Shown: piece by piece, positions 47,728-57,652 of the stretch
Layout of the letters: every line of letters begins with the position of its first letter
How positions within the stretch are numbered: position 1 is the first letter of the stretch
Source of the DNA: Flectonema sp. DT1601
Taxonomy: Eukaryota
DNA: 64,000 nucleotides
Assembly (NCBI GenBank): GCA_964019425.1
Contig: OZ025794.1
Location: 744,001 to 808,000 of the forward strand
Direction: 5' to 3'
Program-made: the position numbers and the translations under genes
Notes under the pieces: generated by a model
The model's database searches: none
Told to the model about the DNA's origin: nothing
What the model saw: only the letters and a program-made list of their open reading frames with translations

Positions 47728-48057
47728 CTTGTGTCTGTTGCTTGCGCAGCGTGACCTAAAAAAATATGTCTTCATTAATATCTGTTTCTTTGTTCAATAG
47801 ACACAACTAAAACCAAATAATCCAACCCTTGTTACGCTTCCTGTGATTAATGAATTATTATATTACAGATTAGTTAACGATTTGAGATCTTTATAAAAAA
47901 AAAGAAAAAAAAAGAATAAACTTATACAACAGGTGAATCTAACAAAAAAAACAACAACAAAAAAGAAGAACTAAAACCTTGAAGGGAAAATCTCTAGCAG
48001 TCACCTTCGAATTTCTCTAAGCTGCCATAGTAAGTTTATTATAAATACATTGTAATA

Positions 48058-48861
48058 CTACTGGTGTGCGCATTGTGGTTGTGGACCTCCTTCGTCATCA
48101 GAGTCTCCATCAAATGCAGCAGCAGACCAATCTGCAGGGTTAGTTCTGTCCATTTCACATATAATTGTAGGGTCAGTGTCATATGCAGGAATCATGTGCC
48201 TTGATGGTAAGGCTGGTTTTATAATGTTGATTTGATCCTCGTCAATCAGATGAGGGAAGTCAACGTTAAATTTTATTATTAAATTTCCCGCATTGGGATC
48301 AAGTTCCAGTGGAAGTTCTACTCCTTCTTCAGTTTCTGCGGCTGGGAGACCTTTTCCTTTAATAAGATGGTGTGATCCGGGTGAAATTACAGAAGTACTC
48401 TTAATATAAAGTTTCGTACCATCGATATGTTCATGTTCGATCTCAAACCCCGTCAGTGCTTGTGAGAGTGTAATACTTTTTTCAATCACTAAATCAGGTC
48501 CGTTAATTTCATACGCTCCTCGACTGGAATCATCTTCTGAAAGACGAGGTACTATCGACAACACACCTCGTTCTTCACTTCCCGGTAGCATTAATCCTTT
48601 ACCTGGATATGGGATTTTTATACCTTCTCTGTGACCCTTTTTTATTTCAACTTCCATTATACCTGTTAGTCCCATTGCTTTCATTTCATCATCAGCCAGC
48701 TCATCGAGGTCTACTTGTTTTGTCGCTCCTTTCATTAAATCTTCTAAGGTGACATCGAGTGGAGCAGCAATTGGAGGAGGGCCTCGGTTCATCATCGGGT
48801 GTCCTCCAGGGAATGCTCCTGGCATACCTCCACCGCCCATCCCTGGCATTCGAAAAAACAT
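48058..48861 (-). CDS. DnaJ C-terminal (substrate-binding) domain protein with CAAX tail and no visible J-domain
   Basis: G/M-rich start, LDVTLEDLMKG, GPDLVIEKSITLSQALTGF, HIDG, IKGKGLP, GNLIIKFNVDFP, ends PQCAHQ. Confidence 0.85.
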   Translation of the reverse strand: MFFRMPGMGGGGMPGAFPGGHPMMNRGPPPIAAPLDVTLEDLMKGATKQVDLDELADDEMKAMGLTGIMEVEIKKGHREGIKIPYPGKGLMLPGSEERGVLSIVPRLSEDDSSRGAYEINGPDLVIEKSITLSQALTGFEIEHEHIDGTKLYIKSTSVISPGSHHLIKGKGLPAAETEEGVELPLELDPNAGNLIIKFNVDFPHLIDEDQINIIKPALPSRHMIPAYDTDPTIICEMDRTNPADWSAAAFDGDSDDEGGPQPQCAHQ

Positions 48862-49480
48862 ATCCCTGTGTTTGAAATCCTTTAATAAGAATGAAGTAAT
48901 AAATTGTGATAATTTAATTTCTTTATTCAGCTCCCATAGATTTAACTGCTGATGTTGAGACAGCTATCTACAAACAGACTGAAATTAGAGTCAGAAATAA
49001 GAAACGAAACCGACAAATAAGGAAAGCCTTGTTAACGAATAACACGAATAGCACTTCACATTAAGGACCAATTAATAACAAGATATCTCAGAACAGAATA
49101 AAGCTGAAAGACGTCGATAGTCCTAATTTATTTATTTATTCTGATTTTTTTTTTTTTTTCCCCCTCCCCCTGCGACTGTCACAAAAAAAAAAAAAAAAAA
49201 ATAATAAAGAGGAAAAAAAAAAATAGAAAATGGGATACAGTACACGTCTGCTCAACTGACGAACTACTGATATCCGTATAGAGTGGTACATGACATGTAG
49301 CTTATACACGAGGTGTGAACAAGTCTAAAACTCAAAGAGATAGCTGGTTAGAAAAGCTTCCCCATGATAAGTCGCACATTGCTGAATTCACAATTCCTCA
49401 GAATGTTGATTCTGATATTATGATTGCATTCAGCTATGTGAAGGTTATCGACTTCATCGAAGTACCTTTTTAAATTCATT

Positions 49481-51214
49481 TCACAATTTCATGGACTCCC
49501 TTCTACGTGGAATTAAGTTATCACACCTGTGATTCAGTGATTCAGACCTTCGTACAGTTGCATGATGAACAGAAGGTGGGTCATCTGATCTTTGCCAGAG
49601 AGCAATATATGTATGTTCTAGTCTCAACATGTCAGGGATGTGTCCCCATAGGTTTTCAAGAGCATGTAGCAAACTGTAAAACCCAACATAGCGAAGTAAT
49701 TTTCGAGAGAGTTTGTCATCGGAAGTATTTTCATCACAGGCAAGTATAATAACACAACCAATAACTAAAATAATAAGACGAATATGAAACAAGTAAAGTA
49801 TCAAAGAAATAACTGTGCACATAGAGAAGATTACGAATGCTACTACTGAAGACACTGACGGATCAATAAAAGTAAAAATCAACCGAATTCTCTCAAAACA
49901 ACTTGCAGCAAGCGATAGAAACGATTGAACTCTGCGAAGAACAACCGGACCTTCAAGAGCTACTTGGTAAGCTGATTGCAAAACATTTTTATTTTGAGTC
50001 GTAGAGTCTTCTTCATACACAGGAAGATTTCTCAGATACAATAAATGTCCTCCCGATCCCATTATACCGTTCGCAAAAACAGTTCCCCAAAATAAAAATG
50101 GAACTTCCCACAATTCAGCAAAATACACAATAAATGCCCAACACGGAATAACACACACTATCTTAAAGAAGTCAGAAGTCGTTGAGAGTAGCACCAACAG
50201 AATAGGAAACCTCTCATGCCAAAGTAACAACAAACGATTAACATGAGACATGAACTCGTTGGTATTAAACTCTCCACAAGGCGGTTCTGGTAAAGGTTCT
50301 TCAAAGTAGATCGCAGCTGGAAATGCAGGTTGGTTTGGAAGCATTGTATCAGTACCAGCAGCAACAGAAACACAAATCCAACCCAATGGTGGTTTTGGTT
50401 TCTTCATAGCATTTGGTCTATTTCCGCTGTTTAATAATTTCGATTGATGAGCTTCAGTTGGATTCGACATCGGAAGCAGCTCCAACCAAACTCCTTTCAG
50501 TTCACTTCCTGTTATTGTTGAAACAGGAATGCATGCCCTTCCAACGATTGAGTTAGCAATCACACCGTCATTTACAACTTTAAAGAACAGGTTATCATTG
50601 TAGTCTCGTATTCTAATAGTAAATTCCTCTCCAAAGTAAGGAGAGTAAGCTCTCTCCATCGTGGTTGTTTTAACAGTTTCTAAATCAGAACAAATAATAA
50701 CCGACAGCATTGGATTTGTTATGGCGGTGGTACAACAGTTGCGAGCCTCATGAATCAATACTCTAACTCGATAGCCGGAGCTGTTCTTTTTGCATTTGTG
50801 TTCATGTGATTCGAGACATTTATGACAACACTTTATCTTACAATTTGAACATTCTTCAGTAATAGGACGTCCATAACAGATACAACACAGATATGGCTGT
50901 TCTGCCTCATGTCGTTTTGAAGCTGAGGCCGCAACTGTTGCGATTGTTATCGCTGCGGAAACAACGCAATCGCTTGTGTACCTTTGTCTAAATTCCTGAG
51001 CGTCAATAAGTGCACAACAGCCATCACAGATCCTTTCCATGTGATTTCCTAATCCTATGAATTGCCTTCGTTTTGAACTACAAACACTACAAAATACACC
51101 ACCACATGCCCTGCAATGATGTCTTCTGACTAACAAGGTAAATCTTCTATCGCACATTTCTCCAGAACACGTATCCGCGCTCTCATCTGGGTCCCATGAC
51201 CGAGCCTTCCTCAT
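49481..51214 (-). CDS. FYVE + Cys-rich + C2 + MCTP-like membrane-region protein, 577 aa
   Basis: WDPD...RRHHCRACGGVFCSVCS...RICDGC (FYVE); VRVLIHEARN...KTTT...SPYFGEEF...VGRACIPV...WLEL (C2); hydrophobic C-terminal segments with ERIRLIFTFIDP. Confidence 0.85.
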   Translation of the reverse strand: MRKARSWDPDESADTCSGEMCDRRFTLLVRRHHCRACGGVFCSVCSSKRRQFIGLGNHMERICDGCCALIDAQEFRQRYTSDCVVSAAITIATVAASASKRHEAEQPYLCCICYGRPITEECSNCKIKCCHKCLESHEHKCKKNSSGYRVRVLIHEARNCCTTAITNPMLSVIICSDLETVKTTTMERAYSPYFGEEFTIRIRDYNDNLFFKVVNDGVIANSIVGRACIPVSTITGSELKGVWLELLPMSNPTEAHQSKLLNSGNRPNAMKKPKPPLGWICVSVAAGTDTMLPNQPAFPAAIYFEEPLPEPPCGEFNTNEFMSHVNRLLLLWHERFPILLVLLSTTSDFFKIVCVIPCWAFIVYFAELWEVPFLFWGTVFANGIMGSGGHLLYLRNLPVYEEDSTTQNKNVLQSAYQVALEGPVVLRRVQSFLSLAASCFERIRLIFTFIDPSVSSVVAFVIFSMCTVISLILYLFHIRLIILVIGCVIILACDENTSDDKLSRKLLRYVGFYSLLHALENLWGHIPDMLRLEHTYIALWQRSDDPPSVHHATVRRSESLNHRCDNLIPRRRESMKL

Positions 51215-51431
51215 CTTTCTATTACGGAGACGGATTTACTTAAACTGACTGGGATACCATTTTGTGCATTGTTGCTGAAGTGAAAATTAATTACAAGAAG
51301 GCGACTATAGTGAAAGAAAACTAACAACATTCCACATTGGCTTTTGGAGAAAATAATCAGCAATAATAAAAAAATGAGTTAGATAGGGATAATAAAAAAA
51401 GTTTTTTGATAGATTAATAATCTAAAGTAAT

Positions 51432-53162
51432 CTATGCATCAGCTACAAAAGTTGAAGCATTCTCAACAGCTGCCTGCAGTGACGGTTGTTGTTGCATCCA
51501 TTCTGCAGCAGCTTCGAATATGACTTTGCCATTTAAAGTGTCGACAAGTTGTTGGTTGCTGTCCCATCCACGACGTTCGATCAGATGAGCGATGAGGTCT
51601 GAGGTTGTTGAATTGTTGGATTCAATATTTGATTCAATTCGTAGCCTTTGATAAGCTGAGAGATTACTAATCTCATCAAGAAGTAATGGTGAACTTTGTA
51701 ATTCATGAAGCCAATTAACTCCAAGAGTCTTAAACTCATCAGCAAACTGTTTTAGTCCAATCCTTCTAAGAAAAATCATCAACGAGACTGGTCTTTGCAT
51801 CACATTAGAAGGGTTTAACGAACTCATACCTGCAACACATTCTGAAGCAGTTTCATGTTGTAAGAAGTGTCCTTGTAGGTCAGCCATTGAATACTTTCCT
51901 GATCCTACATATTCACAAAATGTTTTTTTATAACATTTTTCTTCAGGTGTTGTCGATGAAATAAATTTATCATAAAGCAGCCCTGCTTGTTTCGAACTCG
52001 CGTTACCCAGAAATAGTTGTTTGTCGCAGCGACCAGGTCGGAGGAGTGCTTCGTCTAGATTTTCCTTTAAATTAGTTGTCATAATAATGATCCTTCCTTC
52101 TTGACTAGCGACTCCATCAAGAGAGTTTAATAAACCACTGAAGGTAACAAACATATCTGATGAACTGTTAGAACCTGGCGTTCGATGTCTAAATAAAGAA
52201 TCAACGTCTTCTAATAGAACGATACTTTTACTTGGAGTATCTCTGAGTAATTGTTGAAGTTTAGTATCGTCCATACCTCTTGTATTTATTGATAAGATGC
52301 ATGTTGGTAGTCCAAGTCTGCTTCCAATCGCAGTCACTAAAGATGATTTTCCATTCCCCGGAGGACCATACAGCAGATATCCTCTTCGGTAGGGTACACC
52401 CAATTGTAGATACTTCTTCTTTGTTTCTGGAGTTAAAAAAGTTGTGATGTCATTTATCATTCCTTCCATCTTACCTTCATCATCGAGTATTAATGATGTT
52501 TCATCTCTCTTGCTTGCATATCCTATTCTTCTCCATCCTTGATGTTCTGGTACATATAAAGGTATCTTTCCCTTATTCTCAAGTAATGCTCGTTCTCGAG
52601 TAGCTGTTAAAAACTGTCGAAGGGTTTCCCCAGATCCAATGCACCATAATTTTATTATTTCAGGAGTGTATGGTTGGCGGTCGAATCCTGATGTTATGGT
52701 TTCACGGGCTTCCTTGTACATTGCTGTTTGTGTTTGTTTTATATGATACGTTTGTTGTTGGTAGGCTCAGTAATTTTACATACCAATTAACTTTCCCTGA
52801 AACATGAAAATGTGGAATCCCAGACCAGGTTCGTACTGAAGTTCAGCAACTTGCTGTTCGCCGATAGAGTCGTAGCTGGTTTCAGTTCGTTTGATTTGGA
52901 GTCTGTTGGCTGTGACGAAACTACCGGAGTGATTGACAACCCAATCGCCAACCCACTGAAAAGCGTCTTCCTTGTTACGGATTTCCACTGAGCTGAAAAA
53001 TGCTCTTCCCGCCATGTCTAGTGTATGTCCTCCAGCGATGTAGAGACCGCTTCCAATGCCACCAAGAGCTCCAACCCACATCCCTGCAGTCAGTAGCTGA
53101 TTTTCGTGCATCGCTCGACGAAGGGAATCCTTCGCACTCTTCCACGCCATTCTAAGTTTCAT
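51432..53162 (-). CDS. BCS1: mitochondrial BCS1-like AAA chaperone with C-terminal SAM-like domain, ~556 aa; exons 53162-52784, 52723-51432
   Basis: BCS1 N-domain (AFQWV, YEPGLGFHIFMFQGK), GVPYRRGYLLYGPPGNGKSS, LLEDVD, VTFSGLLNSLDGVASQEGRI, ALLRPGR, SMADLQG; 60-nt phase-1 intron 52783-52724. Confidence 0.92.
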
Positions 53163-53911
53163 TGTTTAAGATGACATCTTAAAGAAGGAGTTTGTTAAAT
53201 TAATATTTTTTGATATCACAAAGCTACGTAATTACAAAAACAAATGGTCTGTCACTCACCACAGCAGTAATGTCTTACAACGACAACACTATTCAGATAC
53301 AGTTACTAGTCTGCAAACAAATAAGTTGGACAACAACGAATTCTGAAACAACAATTAGATTGAATCAACGAAGAATTACTTGTGGTGGTGGGTGGGTTTT
53401 CGATTTAAGTACAGTCGATGTACAAAAAAAAGAAGAGGGGAAAAACCAACAAATCTGCCTATAGGATGACCGTAGATAGCTGGGAGTGGGGTAAGGGAAT
53501 AAAAAAAAAAAAAAACGGTTTTCGTTCAGAGTGCGTCAATTAATCAAACAAAAGGAAACTCATAGATCCAAAAATATCGTGCGTGCATGACTTCCTTTTT
53601 TTTAGACAGCCTAAATGAAAAGGAGCTCCACAGCAATCCTAAAAGAAGGTTTTTATTATATTGCCGGGGATTCTGGTTTGAAATCCCAGATAGGGACTTT
53701 TCCACTTCTTAATGGCAGCGTCAACTACACTCATCGTCCTTTATTGACGATGAGATGGTTGTTTTTTTTTATTTTAGAGTTGAGTGATACTCTTTTATTG
53801 TATCAGCTCTGAAGGAACTCCTTGAATAGTACAAATAAAATAAAATAAAGGGAAGTGAGGGGGAAAAAGAAGAATTTGAAAATCTAAATGTCTTAATTCA
53901 AAAAAAAAAAG

Positions 53912-54038
53912 CCATTGTCAGATTAGCCTTATATTTCGTTGAACGCAGACAGAATCCTGTCGCACGGGGAAACTAGTCATGACTATAAGAAATAGCGGCT
54001 TTCAATCTGAATAGTTTCTTCTCCGACTACGTCGGTAC
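53912..54038. ncRNA. candidate structured RNA or small dispersed element, copy 2
   Basis: Second copy of 18909-19032, same orientation. Confidence 0.55.
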
Positions 54039-56569
54039 TAAAAAAAAAAGAAAAAAGAAGTCAAATATGCCATCGCATTACAGTTAATTCACTATTGCAA
54101 TAAGGTTGCGGCTCGACTTCTCCTTTTTTTTTTCCTTTTTCTTTCTCATTCGGATGCTCACAGTACTCACTGCTAAGTATGCCAAACACAAGACGCCTTG
54201 AATGAGATTTCCTACCCCCCTAAAGAAAAAAAACAAAGACATTGCAACAAGTAACCAAAATCAGCGGTTTTCCTCATTTAGAGCCGTTTTAAAGGCTAAA
54301 AAAAGATGGGTACCTGCAGCTTGATACGTTTTTTTCTCATTTTCTTTTTTCTTTTAAAAAAAAGCAGATGTCAATTCTTTGTTTTCTTGGGAAGGGATAT
54401 CTCCGACGAAATGTTTTTTTTTTATTCTTCTTTTTTTCTTTTTTGAAAATTACTTCGATTCTTCTTTGCCGTAGAAGGGAAAATTTAGGGGAAGGGGTAT
54501 GAAACTAAAAATTCTCTTCTTTCTTTTCTTTCTTTCCCCTCAGTAATCATTCATTCAATTTACCAAAGGACTCGAGGGTCAGCACAAGAAGAACAAAACC
54601 AGTAAAAGGCTACCAGTATACGACAGGCATTAAGAAAAAGGGTTCAACCTTTTTGACTGTATCAATTATGTGACAAAACCACTCGGTCTGAAGATGCTAT
54701 AAAAGGAGGTAAGTGGATTCTTTTTACGACTTAACGAGGCAAGGAAACCAAAACTAGGGAGAGACAGAGAGAGGAGTTAAAACTGAGACTTTTTTTTAAA
54801 TTAAAAACACGAATCATAAGAGAAATTGAACGGGAAAATAAAAAAATAAAACACCATTCTTAATATCACCTTTTGCTCTTTAATAAAGTTAAAGACGACA
54901 TGCAGACAACGAAATGTGGGAATACAACAACAGAGAGGTGGTGTACCTACTCTGTATTATGTAAACCGATAACTTTATAAAATCAACAAAAACCTGAAAT
55001 CAATTGGATTCAGGTAACTATCACTTCACTTCAGGTTTCGCTCATCCAGTATCCCTGGAGCGAATGGAAAAAAAAAAAGAAAAAGAAGGTCGGAGGAGAG
55101 AAAAAAAATAGTGTGTAGAAACAAAACAAAAAAACTAAAATCTCCATAAAATAATGTACCCCTAAAAAAACGCGACGCAAGGTGATGTACAAAAACCGTA
55201 ATCAGCAATGACTACTATGATATCAACACAACTTGCCTGTTTTCATAAGAAAACGAATAAAACATAAAAGAAGCTTGACAGTTTCTTTTTTTTTTTTTTT
55301 TTTGCGTGAAATTTGCATTTTTTTTTCTAAACTGACTCTACCTACAATGCTGACACAAAAAAGAAAATGGAAAAATAGGGGGAAAAAAAAGAAAAGAAAA
55401 TATATTATTAATCCCTCGCACACAATAATTCGAATGCCGAGAGTAGGTCGCATGTATTTCCGCTGAAAGTGGCGGTAATAGCACAGCAAACCAACTTCTC
55501 GGAAATCCGCGTTCTCGTAAGAAACCATCGCATGACAATACATGCTTATTGTTAAACAAACAAAACAAAAAGAGAAAAAGTTGCAAAAACTGTACTCAGT
55601 CAGTTTTTCTTTTTTGACTTTTCGCACTATTTATGCAGCGCGCTCCAAGAAAACCTCTGTGGAAAAGCCAACATTATTTTTCTCTCCAGACAAAATCTAC
55701 AACCAAGCCCAGGGGAAAGGGCTTTCTCCTCCATCCTTTTCAAATTTCTTTCTTCCGTATTTATAAGAGGGCGGCGAGAAAACGCAAAGCAAAAGCTGGT
55801 ATTTGATTCTCTCTCTTTTGTTTTATTTTATATTTCCAGCTAATTTCTTCATTCCTTTTTGTTTTTCCCCTAAAGCCGATCCATTAGCGTTGTCAATAAG
55901 ACAAAACAAAAGCTGGTTTTTTTTTTTTTTTTTTGACCCCTGGGGAGGGATAATCTCAAAAAAAAAAAAAAAAAAAAAAGAAACGACAGCTAAAACAGTT
56001 TTCATGAGAGAGAATAGTATCCCAGGCAAGGCAAGGATAATCAAACAAAATACCTTCAGCAAAACACAATTAAAAAAGATGCTATGAAAATCCAGATGGT
56101 TGGAAGCCTTCTCAGACAGAGACATCCCACGTACTATGCAACAAGAGGGAGGGCGGGGAAAATAAGAGAAAAAAAAGATATCAGCAAAATTTTCATGACA
56201 GAGAATTTTAGCCGAGGTGAAAAGGGAGGGACATTTTTGAAAAGGCGAAAAAAAACAACCCATCAGCGCGAATGAACTGCTTTGAGAAAAACAATACCAC
56301 GAAGAAATCAGACTCTGGTCTGGTTATCTACAACAACCCCCCTCTTTTCTGTGAACTTTGACATATGAAGTAATCTCCGAACACTCAACAAGGTACGTTC
56401 AGATTTCCATTTATTAAAACACAGAATTAAACAAAGGGGAGAGAAAAACGGGTATCTTTGTTCCGTGCCAGGTGATGTTTTTTGCCAAGTTGCCCTCCCC
56501 CCTACATTATTAATATATAAGATACAAGTTGATTAAAAGAAACTAAAAATCAATAAGAAAAGCTAGCAG

Positions 56570-57037
56570 CTATTTATGGTACAGGTGTTGCTGCTGTGGA
56601 GGCTTTCTTTTACGTCTTCGGAGTTTGAGGCCTCCCTTTCGGGAAGACAAGAGAGAACTCATTATAGTCTTGCGAGAGTATCGTCTTGAAGGAGGGGAAG
56701 TAGAGTTGCTTTGGCTCTTGTTGTTGTCACTGAGAGCAATAGACTTTAATTCCATTGTCAATTTCATAACCACGGAGGGTGGTTGGGAAGACTTTCTCTT
56801 CGCTTTTCGAACTCTCCGTACTATCTCAGATGGTCGGGTTAATCTCAAAGACACACATGGCAGTGGACTCGACAAGCTTAACACTACTGGTGACATACAT
56901 CTGGGTGGATCAACGGGCACCAGTCTTGGTGTGGCTGGAATCCATCTCTGTGGACTCGACGGCATCTCATCATCTGGTGAGATATCCATCGGAAATACTG
57001 GACTTGGCGATCGACATCTAACATCACTCCCCGACAT
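56570..57037 (-). CDS. hypothetical Ser/Pro-rich basic protein, 155 aa
   Basis: ATG-initiated ORF after AATCATCAG; many SP/TP sites; basic C-terminus RRRKRK. Confidence 0.6.
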   Translation of the reverse strand: MSGSDVRCRSPSPVFPMDISPDDEMPSSPQRWIPATPRLVPVDPPRCMSPVVLSLSSPLPCVSLRLTRPSEIVRRVRKAKRKSSQPPSVVMKLTMELKSIALSDNNKSQSNSTSPPSRRYSRKTIMSSLLSSRKGGLKLRRRKRKPPQQQHLYHK

Positions 57038-57652
57038 GTTTATTATTATCGCCTGATGATTGTAATTATGTTATCAATGTTTTTAATTTATTATTCACAA
57101 TTACTTTGTTTGAGTTTTGAAGATAATTCCTAAAGAGAACCAACGTTTTCGATGAGAACCAAAACTTCCAATTCAAAACTACGAATCTCTAAACTCTAAT
57201 AATGGGGATGGTAAGGGTTAGTAAAAAAAGAGGGGAATTTCTTCAAAGAACCCGAATTCGTTACTTAACTAATTACAACGGTCTGAATAACTTTCGTTTT
57301 TACTTTTTTTTTTTCTTTTTCAATTATATAAAATCACTCCCAAATGCACATTATCTAGATATGTATTGATTCTCACTAACGAAAGAGAACCTAAGCTAGA
57401 AACAAAAAAGTGGAAACAAAAAAAGTGGAACAAAAAAAGAAATAAAAAAATACCAACACCATCATCAAACTAGTCGTCAAGATCAGATTAGTAGGTAAAC
57501 AGGACACGTATCTCTTTCGGAAGATAATTTATTTGCCACGTCTTCTAACTGATAAAGACGAACATGAATTAAACTAACGAGATTCCTTTTGTCCTACTTA
57601 ACTCCAACGATTTCTTTTATTGTTTGACGCCAGTGTGGGGTCTTGAGAGGTG

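Noticed and set aside
57604..57622. Resemblance to a spliced-leader exon (CCAACGATTT...TTTATTG)
   Set aside because: Too short, lacks the rest of an SL exon and the following donor/SL RNA structure
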